Source: Octopus sinensis
Taxonomy: Eukaryota
Assembly (NCBI RefSeq): GCF_006345805.1
Contig: NC_043012.1
Span: 41,416,001-41,480,000 of the forward strand
Reading direction: 5' to 3'
DNA: 64,000 nt
Translations under genes and position numbers: made by a program
In this document: positions 51,431 to 63,368 of the stretch, one piece after another
How positions within the stretch are numbered: the first letter of the stretch is position 1
How the letters are laid out: each line of letters begins with the position of its first letter
The notes under the pieces: generated by a model
Databases searched by the model: none
The model's input: only the letters and a program-made list of their open reading frames with translations
Told to the model about the DNA's origin: nothing

Positions 51431-52336
51431 ATGTCCAGAGCATGGAGACCTGACGAGCTGGATTTATTCGTACAAGCATGGGCGTGCGCCGGCGGAGATA
51501 GCCCTAGTGAGGTGATTGCGGCTGCGCTGAAGAGCAGAGGCTACAAGAGGACAGCGGCTCAGATGGAGCGAAAGAGACGGGAATTCGTGCGCTCATATGC
51601 GCTTGTACGGTCGCACATTGGCGCACTTGATGCCATCTTTGAGAACGAGCGGGGCAAAGATGACAAGAATGGAGACGATGAAAGATGTCACCCCCACCTG
51701 GTGGATGCCCGGGAGGAGGTTTTGAATGAGAAACCTGCCCGGGATGTGAACCCAGGTGCAAGTTCTCCAACCGGCAGCAAAGGCCATGGAGACGGAGAAC
51801 CCGGTGAAGAGGTAGAGGGAGGAGGAAGAACTAAAAGAAGGGCTGATAGAGCTAAAGGAAAAGCTCAAGCAGGACCAAAGGGTGAAAAAACCAGGAATAG
51901 AAGTGGAACCGCAAAAGATGGAAACGGACAGCGCACACGGGTGTGTAGGTTCTACCTGAGAGGTTCCTGCTGGCATGGAAAGGAAGGTGCAGGCTGCCGC
52001 TTTGCACATCGGGGACCCTGCCACAGAGACACGAGGCAGATGGACAAACCATCAACACATGGAAAAGGGATGGACCACGCACCACTTGCCCCAAAGCGGA
52101 GGTACGCAGATGTTGTGCGTGCCACAAACCACCAACATGATGTTGTCGAAAGGCAGCTGCTGAGCAACAATCTTTTTGTGCATGGCACAAAAGATTGTAC
52201 AGCAGCAGACCTGGCTTCATCAAACCCAAGCCCGCAGGTGGGACTACCCACTATATACCAGACCACCACCACAGCAAACAGACCCAGGATGGACACCACC
52301 GGCAACAACGTACACTCACCTCGATGCTCCTACTGA
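51431..52336 (+). CDS. LINE ORF1: Myb/SANT-like (trihelix-type) domain plus CCCH zinc finger
   Basis: W-x3-E...W...IAAALKSRGYKRTAAQMERK...Y matches the trihelix pattern IAxxLxxxGYxRTxxQCxxK; CRFYLRGSCWHGKEGAGCRFAH is C-x7-C-x8-C-x3-H. The native C-terminus may lie in another frame after about 52160. Confidence 0.75.
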   Translation: MSRAWRPDELDLFVQAWACAGGDSPSEVIAAALKSRGYKRTAAQMERKRREFVRSYALVRSHIGALDAIFENERGKDDKNGDDERCHPHLVDAREEVLNEKPARDVNPGASSPTGSKGHGDGEPGEEVEGGGRTKRRADRAKGKAQAGPKGEKTRNRSGTAKDGNGQRTRVCRFYLRGSCWHGKEGAGCRFAHRGPCHRDTRQMDKPSTHGKGMDHAPLAPKRRYADVVRATNHQHDVVERQLLSNNLFVHGTKDCTAADLASSNPSPQVGLPTIYQTTTTANRPRMDTTGNNVHSPRCSY

Positions 52337-55276
52337 ACATCAGAGGACTGCAAACACTCAGTAACAGGACAAAAATCCCGTTCCTGAGAGATTTTGTTGC
52401 ATGCAATCAAGCCTTATGCATAGCACTAACGGAACGCACCTGAAACCGGATATAGCAGATGCGGAGTTACACATACCACAGTATGCTGTACTACGGACCG
52501 ACAGGAAAGAAAGGAGTCATGGAGGTGTTGCTATGTACATCCGTGAGGACCTCACACCCCAGGTCCTCTTGTCATACTCAAACTCGGTGTGTGACACACT
52601 AATTGTACATATTAGGCAACTTGATGTAGTTGTGTGTGCTACATATCGCCCTCCAGATGCCCCAAGCCATGTGGGCAAGTTTGAAGACTGCCTTATAAAA
52701 ATAGAAGAAGTTCTAACCACATTAGAACAACACATAAGTCTACTTCTTATGGGAGACTTCAATCTGCCAAATGTCAGATGGCCCGAGGGCCTTTCTCTCC
52801 CAGGAATGACAAGATGTGAACGAGGACAGGCGAGGTCCCTCCTGAACCTCATCAACACTCTGTACATGGAGCAGGTAATACTCCAACCAACCAGGGCAGG
52901 TAACACACTGGATCTCTGCTTCACAAATGACATGGATCTCATCCATAATGTGAAAGTGACACCGACACTACTCTCGGATCACAACATAATAGAGCTGACC
53001 ATGTACGGGCCAAAAGAGAGCACGGACATGCAGCCTACAAGAAACCCCCAGAACCTTTCCAGCTTGAACTACCATAAGGCAAACTGGAAACAAATTGAGA
53101 AAGAGATCCTCAAACAAAACTGGCCTAAATGTCTCTCCTCGCCAGACATCGACGTGAAACTTCAACAATTCATGTCTGTAATGCAAGCCATATGCTACAA
53201 ATATGTCCCAGAGAGAAAGGCCACTGTACACAAGAACAAAATCCCCAGAGAGAGGAAAATTCTAATGAGACGGCGTACAAATTTTCAAATCGCCTAAACA
53301 AACAGATTGAAAGCAGTGAAAAGTCCCGCCTAAAAATAAAACTGTTGGAAATCGAAAAATGTCTGAAATCTCCCATGAAAAGGAAAGAGCAGACAAAGAA
53401 GCCTGGGCTATAGACAACATAAAATCTAACCCCAGAGCTTTCTACAGGTATGCCAAAGAAACAGCTACGGTGCACTGTAGAATAGGGCCACTCCTCGAAA
53501 AGGATGGCACACTTACAGGAAAACCAATGAGGGTAAGTGAAATACTGAATGAGCAATTCAAGAGTGTTTTCACTCCACCCCTTGGGCATCTCCAAATCAC
53601 CAATCCAACTGACTTTTTTACCACTGCAGATATAAAATCAGAGGCGGCGACGATAGATTACATCGATATAAAGGAAGACGATGTAATCAAGGCTATAGAT
53701 GAAATGAAAACAGACTCAGCTACTGGCCCCGATGGATTCCCGGCAATCCTCCTAAAAGCATGTAAGAGAGTCCTAGCAAGACCACTGCAGTTCCTCTTTC
53801 AGAGCTTCCTTGCGCTGGCAAACTTCCAAGAAAACTGAAGGAAGGTAAAATATGCCCCATTCATAAAGGAGGTAGCAGAGCGGAAGCCAAGAACTATAGA
53901 CCTATCTCTCTGACCTCACACATCAGCAAGGTCATGGAACGAATAGTCAGAAGGAAGCTGATCACCTTCCTTGAAGAAAATGACTTGCTGCCCGACACCC
54001 AACATGGTTTCCGACCAGGGAGAAGCTGTTAACTCAGCTCCTACAACACTATGACTGGGTGCTGAAACGGCTGCTCAACCACTCAAATGTGGAAGTGATA
54101 TATCTCGACTTTGCAAAGGCCTTTGATAAAGTCGATCATGGAATGATATGTCACAAACTGCGTGATCTCAACATAGTTGGAAAATGGAGAATGGCTTCAT
54201 GACTTTCTGTAAGATAGAAGTCAGGTGGTAGTGGCCAATGGGGCCACTTCCATTAACACGCAAATAGTGAGCGGTGTTCCGCAGGGCACTGTTCTGGGAC
54301 CACTACTGTTCATAATGGCCCTCTCAGACATGCCCTCAGCCACGCAGAGAGCCACGATCACAAGTAATGCAGATGATACAAAAGTTTCACAGGCAATACA
54401 GAACCCTGAGGACACTAAACACCTGCAATGTGAGCTAGACAAAATATACAAGTGGGCCGAAAAGAATAGCATGCAGTTCAATGCTGAAAAGTTTCAAGTT
54501 CTATACTATCAGCATGCAAAACTAAATGCAATACCCAATGAATATACTGGACCCGGAGGAATAGCAATCCCAGAGGCACAATCAGTGCGTGACCTAGGTA
54601 TTTACATGAGTGATGACGCGACCTTCGTGTACATGTTGCTAAATTGGCAATGAAATGTAGACGACTGGCCGATGGATCCTCAGAACCTTTAGAACAAGAG
54701 AACAAGAAACCATGATGGTCCTCTGGAGGACACTTGTCCTAAGCCACTTTGACTACTGCTCTCAGTTATGGTCACCATCCAGTGTCAAGTTGATCACAGA
54801 GCTCGAGGAGGCGATCCACGTAGCTACACGAAGAAGATAGCCTCTATGCAGAATGTAAGCTACTGGGAAAGACTCAGGAAATTAAAATTATATTCCCTGG
54901 AGCGTAGGCGGGAAAGATATGCCATAATATACATCTGGAAGATCCTGGAGGGAAGTGTCCTGAACTTGGCATCGAGAGTTACGCAAATGCCAGAACTGGG
55001 CGCCACTGCATGGTGCCTAGGACTCCAAACTTGCCATCAAGATGTAGGACAAGATTCTGTGATAGCCTGGGCTTCCGAGGCCCACAGCTCTTCAATATCC
55101 TCCCGAAGAACCTGAGAGACCTGCATGGGGTGGATACAGATGTCTTTAAAATGAAGCTGGATCTCTTCCTGTCAGGTGTGCCAGATGAACCAACTTCACG
55201 GCAGGAGGAGCAGATGAGGGCAGCTGCATCGAACTCTCTCATGCACCAAATAGCAGTTGCTAGAAAGCCTTCATGA
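52324..55276 (+). pseudogene. LINE ORF2 (APE endonuclease plus reverse transcriptase), disrupted
   Basis: MLLLNIRGL, GGVAMY, GDFNLP, LDLCFT, SDHN (APE); GPDG, NYRPISLTS, QHGFRPGRSC, YLDFAKAFDKVDH, GVPQGTVLGPLLF, NADD (YADD variant), RDLGI, SLERRRERY. About ten -1 frameshifts and one in-frame stop near 54210. Confidence 0.95.
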
Positions 55277-55380
55277 AGTGAAACCAAGTAGCAACACCAA
55301 ATGGCGGTGCCCCAGCATGGCCACAGCTCATAAGCTGAAACTGGAAAAATCAAAATCAAAATCAAAAATCATATATGATA

Positions 55381-55438
<58 letters not shown>

Positions 55439-55440
<2 letters not shown>

Positions 55441-55839
55441 CGTAGAGTGGCTGTATGTTGGTAAGTTAGCTTGCTTACGAACCACATGGTTCCGGGTCAG
55501 TCCCACTGCGTGGCACCTTGGGTAAGTGTCTTCTACTATATCCTCGGGCCGACCAAAGCCTTGTGAGTGGATTTGGTAGACGGAAACTGAAAGAAGCCCG
55601 TCGTATATATATAGGTATGTGTGTGCGTGTTTGTGTGTCTGTTTGTCCCCCCAACATCGCTTGACAACCGATGCTGGTGTGTTTACATCCCCGTAACTTA
55701 GCGGTTCGGCAAAATAGAGACCGATAAAATAAGTACTAGGCTTACAAAGAATAAGTCCTGGGGTCGATTTGATCGAATAAAGGCGGTGCTCCAGCATGGC
55801 CACAGTCACATGACTGAAACAAGTAAAAGAGTAAAAGAG
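55439..55839 (+). mobile_element. SINE family B, full length
   Basis: Canonical copy; tail ggcggtgctccagcatggccacagtcacatgactgaaacaagtaaaagagtaaaagag. Confidence 0.95.
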
Positions 55840-55845
55840 TATATA

Positions 55846-55960
55846 TAGTAATCCCTCACCATATCGCGGTTCACCTATCGCGCACTCAATATATCGCGGA
55901 TGTTTCTGGCTGATATATGTAACTTTATATCGCGAACGTCTCAGCATATCGCGTCTTTCT
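55846..55960 (+). mobile_element. Tigger/pogo-like 5' terminus with subterminal tatcgcg repeats
   Basis: (t)agtaatccctcaccatatcgcggttcacctatcgcg resembles CAGTAATCCCTCG-type termini; five tatcgcg motifs; right end not found. Confidence 0.55.
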
Positions 55961-56326
55961 GCAGCCTGTAGGTATAATCTCTCTTTACTCTTTTAGTAAA
56001 GAGTTAGATTTTATTTATTTCTGTGGGAGGTTTCGCAACTTAACATTCGCTATCGTCCAGGGTCTGCCATATATATATATATATATATAGGTATCGAGTT
56101 AGAAAGTTTAATACTTCTAAGAGATAATTAAATCCCAAGTCGCTCCTGGCTATTAGCTGGGTAGAGGCTTGCTTGCTGTAGATTGGTTAGTTTCGTTGGG
56201 CAATTAGGGTGAGGTGAGTATTATTTAGGTGCGGGTTACCTCGTTTAATTAAGTCCAACGTAATCTACGAATCTCCCATTGTTATTATATCCATTTTCTT
56301 CTCTTCGCTATCTATCTATCTATCTA

Positions 56327-56369
<43 letters not shown>

Positions 56370-56387
56370 GCACGGACCCGGTTTCTG

Positions 56388-56467
<80 letters not shown>

Positions 56468-56468
56468 T

Positions 56469-56530
<62 letters not shown>

Positions 56531-56546
56531 TGATTGATATACATGC

Positions 56547-56910
56547 GCAGGCGTGGCTGTGTGATAAGTAGCTTGCTTCCCAACCACATGGTTCCGAGTT
56601 CAGTCCCACTGCGTGGCACCTTGGGAGAAGTGTCTTCTACTATAATCTCGGGCCGACCAAATCCTTGTGAGTGGATTTGATAGACAGAAACTGAAAGAAG
56701 CCTGTCGTATATACACGTATGTATTTATTTGTGTGTGCGTGCGTCTGTGTTTGTCCCCTGACCATCGATTGACAACCCATGTTGGTGTTTTTACCTCCCC
56801 GTAAACTAGGGGTTGGGCAAAAGAAACCGATAGAGTAAGAACTAGGCGTACAAATAATAATTCCTGGGGTGGTGTACCAGCATGGCCGCTGTCAGATGAC
56901 TGAAACAAGT
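56547..56910 (+). mobile_element. SINE family B
   Basis: gcaggcgtggctgtgtgataag...gtggcaccttgggagaagtgtc...catggccgctgtcagatgactgaaac. Confidence 0.9.
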
Positions 56911-56945
56911 ATGTGAAAAAAAGAATGCATACATACATACATACA

Positions 56946-56978
<33 letters not shown>

Positions 56979-56979
56979 T

Positions 56980-57067
<88 letters not shown>

Positions 57068-58269
57068 GAGGGAGAGAGAGAGAGAGTAAGGCGTGGATGA
57101 AGCCGGGAATCTAAATCGCGATCCGACGATTTTGATCCGAATACCCCAACCACTAACCACTGTTTCGTAACACATCTCATACACATAACCTGAATATAGT
57201 TGGATATACATTTTTAATAATTTCTGTAAATAATGCTATCAGAAAGGTAAGATATCAATTTCCACCTATGATGTCATATATTGATTAAAAGGTTACAGTA
57301 CTCGTACGCCATTTATATTCTGTTTTATTTTTCACTCTACAGATATTGGATTTTCTGTAAGGTAATAAACAAAGCATTGAACATGATTACAGGTAAATAA
57401 AATCACATGTGATACAAGTCAACATTTTATTTTCCAAGTAATGCACAGATAATTACGCTAGTTGTGTTGCACTCATAGACGGAGGTGAAACTCAGAACTC
57501 ACGTAAAAATAAGGTTTTGTGCATGTTGCACAAAGAAAACAACATGAAGATCACTGCTCACAAAACTTGAAGGTGCATTAAGACTATGTGAGGCTGTGAG
57601 AGAGAAGGTACGGCATCGGTGACATCAGTGGGACTGGAGGGTTAGGTAATTTACCAGTGTCCACCTACGAAGCCCGGTTATCATTAAAAGGTTATAAAAG
57701 AGGAATTTTTGTGACAGGTGTCATAAGACAGTAAGTAAGTGAGTGAGGTGCGGGAAGAGAAGAGAAAGGATTAGGAGGAATGTAATAAGAAAACGGATAA
57801 AAGAACATTAAGAGACACGGAGGGAAAGAGAGAGGAGAAACAGAGAAACAAAGGTGTTGAGAAGGGGTGATGCAAATATTGTTAAGAAGCGTGTATATAA
57901 TTTTTTTTTTTTTAATGGAACATGGAATATGATTTCAGGAAAATGTAATGGAAGTTGGAGATGTCAGCATTATATTTGGAAGACAACAGTGATTACGGTG
58001 TAGGAAGATAAGAGGGAGACGCTGTTAGTATTATAGGTTGAGAGGTAAAGGATGAGGGGGGGACATAAAAGGAATTAAAATAAAATAAAACAATATGAAA
58101 TAAAGTAAAAAGTAAAAAAAAAAAAATAGAGTAGAGTGGGAAACACGAGGAGGTTTGATTTTCGTGATAGATTTAGGGATATAATAGTTTTTAAAGGTAG
58201 ATAAATAAGGTGACAGAGAGAAGGGAAGGTCGATATACATACATACGTATATAGATAGGTATATAGTTT

Positions 58270-58340
<71 letters not shown>

Positions 58341-58379
58341 GATAGATAGATAGTTAGTTAGTTAGTTAGATAGACAGAC

Positions 58380-58451
<72 letters not shown>

Positions 58452-58479
58452 GGATGGATAGATAGATAGATAGATAGAT

Positions 58480-58577
<98 letters not shown>
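58270..58577. repeat. (GATA)n/(GACA)n microsatellite
   Basis: Direct reading. Confidence 0.95.
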
Positions 58578-58586
58578 TTCGTATAT

Positions 58587-58751
58587 TCTTATAACTGATT
58601 AAGTCTGCAGCCATACTGGAACACCGTCTCGAAGTGTTTTAGTCAAATTGACCCCAGGACTTATTTCTTAAGCATAGTACACATTCAATCGTTCCCTTTT
58701 GCCGAACCACTAAGTTGCGGGGACGTAAACACACTAACACAAACACACATG
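58587..58751 (-). mobile_element. SINE family B 3' half, abutting the mariner
   Basis: gaccccaggacttatt...ttgccgaaccactaagttgcggggacgtaaacac. Confidence 0.8.
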
Positions 58752-58753
58752 TA

Positions 58754-60046
58754 CGAGGGACGTTCAATAACTAATGCCCCTGATCCACTTGCAGTTGTTT
58801 GATCTAGCTGAAATTTTGCACCTGCAATTACTTATATCTCTATAGATTAAGTGGTAAATCACAACTCTGAACTAATCGTGGTTTCTGATTTACAGGTGTT
58901 TGAACTGAGTTGAGTGTGAAATGGAGCCTGTTGAGTGTCGAGCAGTGATCCTGTTTTTGTATTTGAAAGGACGCACACCACGGGAGACTTTTGATGAAAT
59001 GAAAGTAACTTATGGTGATGATGCCCCATCATATGACCTTGTAAAACGCTGGCATCGTGAATTCAAACATGGTCGGAACTCTGTGGAAACAGCTCCCAGA
59101 TCTGGTCGCCCCCATTCTGCCATTGATGAGGCATCTGTCCGTTAAGTTGAGGCAGCCATTTTGGAAGATCGACGCATAACTATTCGCCAAATAGCCCATA
59201 AGGTCAAGATTAGTACCGGGTCTGTGGAAACTATCATTCATGACCATTTGCATATGCAAAAGGTGTCTGCCAGATGGATTCCCAGGTTGCTCACACCTTT
59301 CCAGAAGCAAGAACGCGTCGAGTGCTCGATGATGAATTTGGAGATGTGCCAAGAAGATGAGTCAAAATTTTTCAAAAGACTGATTACACAGGATGAAACC
59401 TGGGTCCATTACTATGATCCAGAGACCAAAGCTTAGTCAACGCAGTGGAAGCACCGTGACTCACCTCCTCCAAAGAAGGCAAGGGTGCAGCCCTCCGCTG
59501 GCAAGATTATGCTCACAGTCTTCTGGGACCAGGACGGAGTAGTGATGACAGATTTCCTGGCAAAGGGTACCACAATTACAGGAGCCTATTATGCCTCACT
59601 TTTGAGGAAATTAAGAGAAGCTATCAAAATCAAGAGGCGGGGCAAGATCAGCAAAGGCATCCTCCACCTGCAGGACAACGCTCCGGTCCACAACTCGCGT
59701 GTCGCCAGATCAGAAGCACAGGCGTGCAGCTATGAACTCCTCCCCCATCCCCCCTACTCTCCTGACCTTGCACCCTCTGATTTTCACCTCTTCCCAACCA
59801 TGAAGTTGTTTTGGAAAGGAAAGCGTTTCCCAGATGATGCAGCCTTGATTTCTGAAGTCACATCGTTGTTGGAGGACCAAGCTGGGGTCTTCTACAAAAA
59901 CGGTCTCCAGAGCTGCATCAAACAATGGGAGAAATGCGTAACTCTGGGTGGTTCTTATGTAGAAAAGGACTAATAACTGTGCCAAGTTTCGTTGCTCTAC
60001 TGCTTTGGGAAGTGGGTCAGGGGCATTACTTATTGAACGCCCCTCG
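58754..60046 (+). mobile_element. Full-length mariner (D34D, irritans/Himar-like) with TA TSD
   Basis: 37-bp TIRs with 3 mismatches (cgagggacgttcaataactaatgcccctgatccactt); TA at 58752-58753 and 60047-60048; length 1293 bp. Confidence 0.97.
58921..59973 (+). pseudogene. Mariner transposase, 350 codons, two nonsense codons, no frameshift
   Basis: Three ORFs in one frame. QDETWVH, QDNAPVH and HPPYSPDLAPSDF with 34 residues between the Asp residues; stops at 59143 and 59434. Confidence 0.95.
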
Positions 60047-60048
60047 TA

Positions 60049-60507
60049 CTGTCGATTAAAAGACTCAGTATTTACTCTCTCCAACGTCGCCGGGAACGCC
60101 ACATCATTTGTGTTATGTGGAAAATATTCCATCAATATTATACAAATTATGTTAGCAACAATTCTAAAATCCATCCAAGACTTGGCCCCCGTGCTATCCG
60201 CCCTCTACAAAAATCAGTACACATAGCAACATTATATCAAATTACTTTACCTCAACCGGTCCAGCTCTCTTTAATACCAAAATACGTCAAAACGGAGAAA
60301 GATCCCATAAAATTCAAATGCTCACTGGACAAATTTCTTCAAAAGATCCCGGACCAACCTCCTACACACGGATATGTCTCCAACAATAATAACGCTTTGC
60401 TAGACTGGGCTATGGCGTCCAATATATGACTGAAAGACTTCACCAGGTGGTGCTATTAAGTTTGACATGGTCTGGGCCTATACTGGCTGAAACTTATCAA
60501 AATCATG
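60049..60507 (+). mobile_element. 3' fragment of a second CR1/L2-group LINE family
   Basis: KRLSIYSLQRRRERHIICVMWKI...FKCSLDKFLQKIPDQP...NNALLDW; ends ggctgaaacttatcaaaatca. Confidence 0.85.
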
Positions 60508-60731
60508 AGAGTTATTTTTACATGTATAAACACGTAGATATACACGCACAATGCGCCTACACACTGACACATTTACAGACAGACACACATACATATACGT
60601 TACGATATATTCAGTTATGTACATGCAACATATATATAACTACACGCACATGTGAAGACACGCATTTCCATTTTTATATGGCTACGATGTTTCGCAAAAT
60701 TAAGCTTTTCTCAAAAAGTCGCTTGTCTGTC

Positions 60732-60903
<172 letters not shown>

Positions 60904-61854
60904 ATGTTTCTTTATTAACCACACAGGGCTGCACACAGACAGAACAAATTACAAGGTAGAGCTTTTCTTTTTTAAGGAAAAAAAAAGGGGGTTGGTTTTC
61001 GATCAAAAGGGATCGTAAAAGGAAACAAAGAGGACAAAAAAGGGGAGGATTTAAAAAAAGGGGGGAGAGGAAAAATAAAGAAAAGGGGAGAGGAAAAAAA
61101 AGTTGATCAATAGGGATCGTAATCACAGAAATGTCAATATGAAGTGTAAAGGGGAGGACAGGTGAGGTTTACTCGTGGAAAGAAAAGCCTACGGAAAAGA
61201 CCACGGTAACCTCGGTCAATGAAGTCACATGTTATATTTGGTTTTTTTTGCAAATAAGCAACTCTCTGTATTAATTTTTACGGTTCATAGAATCATAGTC
61301 AAGGTGCCTTCGTCATTCATACGTGCCATCCTTGCTACATTCACCCATCTTTTTTTAAAACATTCACTAGACAAAACTTGCCTCTCTACTCTCACTTTCC
61401 TCTTCAAGTGATACTTGAAGAAGTTGATGAGAAATTAACCAGAGAGGAAAGTGTTTGTCTCTAATCCTTTCAGGCACGTCCACCAGATACATTCTTTCGC
61501 CATAGCCACAAGTATGATAAAAATAGCTCTTCCTTCCCGTTTGAAGGAAGGAGGCGTGACGATATTAACGATAGACTCGGCTGATAAACCGACACGTCCC
61601 ACACGTGACAGCAGTCGTTCGACATAAGCCCACAGGTGGGAAATTGCTGGACACTGCACGATTGCGTGCAGAGCAGTTTCGTCGCTCTGCCCGCATCTCA
61701 GGCAGGTCGGCCCCGTGTTTCTCGAGCCATGCCTATAGAGCTTATCCCGAACGGGTAGCGCTTCTCGGTAGCACCGCCAGGCCAGGGATCTCTGGAAGTT
61801 GTCCATAGGTCCCGGGCCGAAAGTCGTTTGAAACAGGCGGGTCAGGTATTCCTC
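60904..61854 (-). mobile_element. Tx1/L1-group LINE, 5'-truncated
   Basis: NFQRSLAWRCYREALPV...CLRCGQSDETALHAIVQC...AKECIW; one in-frame stop, continuing to TMIL* (61285); 3' UTR ending aataaagaaac-(TATC)n. Confidence 0.88.
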
Positions 61855-61871
61855 AGATAGATAGATAGATA

Positions 61872-62135
61872 CATAACTTTCTTTATTGGCCACACTGGGC
61901 TGGACACAGAGGGGACAAATACAACTGTAGAGCTTTTCTTTTCGAAGATGGAAAAGGAAAAAGAAAAGAAAAGGAAACAAATGTAAAATTTCGATGAAAA
62001 GGGATCGGAAAAAAAAGCCATCAAAAGGGATCTTGTATCACAGAAAGAAAAAAAATTGTTTTCAATGTAACAAACAAGATTAGGTTAATCCGTGGGAAGA
62101 AAAGCCTACAGAAAAGACCACGGTAACCTCGGCAG
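61872..62135 (-). mobile_element. Second Tx1-family 3' UTR copy
   Basis: ccgaggttaccgtggtcttttc..taggcttttc and gaaaagctctac are shared with 60904-61215; ends aataaagaaagttatg-(TATC)n. Confidence 0.85.
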
Positions 62136-63080
62136 GTAGGAAATAAATACATGAGAGCAAAGTAGAGTGAGTGAGTGGGGTGGGGGAATTGTATGGATTA
62201 TTCCAAAGGTGAATTTTATTACATGAACGTAACGTTTGCATGTTTCAAACTTTGTGACGTTAAGACAACGAGATTTTACAAAAATAATTTCACGGTATTT
62301 TAATATAGCATCTATTGGAGAAAAAAAAATTCAGTTTCGCAGTAAAGTAAATTCAGTTGTACTTACAGAAAAACAAAATAATTAATATACTCTTGTGTAT
62401 AAATAAGCGTATACCTAATCAAACATATACACCGTATTATACATCTACGTTAATCATTACTTAAATATTTTAGTTTCAGAAATTTTTTGATGTAACTCCT
62501 AGGGCCATCTATTGTTCATGTATTCATAATTTCATCTAAACATAATTATTTCTCATTCTATAGATATAACATACTTAAATTTCTTGTTCTTAAGATTCAC
62601 GTATTTGTTTAATACATGAAAGATTCCGCAAAAAAATATTTTAAAACAGTCAGTTTTTTTCCTTACAGCAAAGTTTCTTCGTCGTCTGACATTTAATTCA
62701 ATTTGTATATTTTTTAGCTCCTTCTTATCATGTATCTTGAATATAAATAATCCCACACAAACGTAGCTCGGCGATTTTCAATTTGTTTGCATTTCATCCT
62801 CTGTCAACAAGTCTACTCTATCTTTTACAGATATTTCCATCTCTTCATACGCGTTACCTGGATACACAGAGACATATACATACGCACGCAGTCACACACA
62901 TCTAATATATATATATATAGTAGAAATATTAAAATTACTAAGTACAGCATATATCTCTGTTTGCAGACTTCTAACGGTGTTCTGGGTTCAACATACGTGA
63001 ATGAGCAATAAATACAAAAAGCCAGGCTTATATATACACATGTGTGTGTGGTGTGTGGGATTGTGTATATTATATATGGT

Positions 63081-63368
63081 GGAGGCGCAATGGCCCAATG
63101 GTTAGGGGCAGCGGACTCGCGGTCGTAGGATCGCGGTTTCGATTCCCAGACCGGGCGTTGTGAGTGTTTATTGAGCGAAAACACCTATAGCTCCACGAGT
63201 CTCCGGCAGGGAGTGGTGGCGATCCCTGCTGTACTCGTTCGCCACAACTTTCTCTCACTCTCAGCGGGGTGGCGTCCTTTAAAGGCTAAAAAACAATGCG
63301 AAGCGCATTGTGACCACCGATGTGTAGCAACATCTGATAGCCTGGTCGGTCACGGTGATCACGGTGAT
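63081..63368 (+). mobile_element. tRNA-derived SINE, family D
   Basis: ggaggcgcaatggcccaatggttagg (A box), ggtttcgattccc (B box); tail cacggtgatcacggtgat-(AT)n. Confidence 0.8.

Larger units (their letters stand above)
50701..55370 (+). mobile_element. Near full-length CR1/L2-group LINE
   Basis: ORF1, APE-RT ORF2, short 3' UTR with a hairpin, and an (AAATC)n-like tail. The 5' boundary is inferred to include the monomer array. No TSD seen. Confidence 0.9.

Noticed and set aside
63081-63150. tRNA gene candidates at SINE heads (also 14597-14660 and 57090-57180)
   Set aside because: A and B boxes are present but no complete cloverleaf; they continue into SINE bodies or are degenerate.
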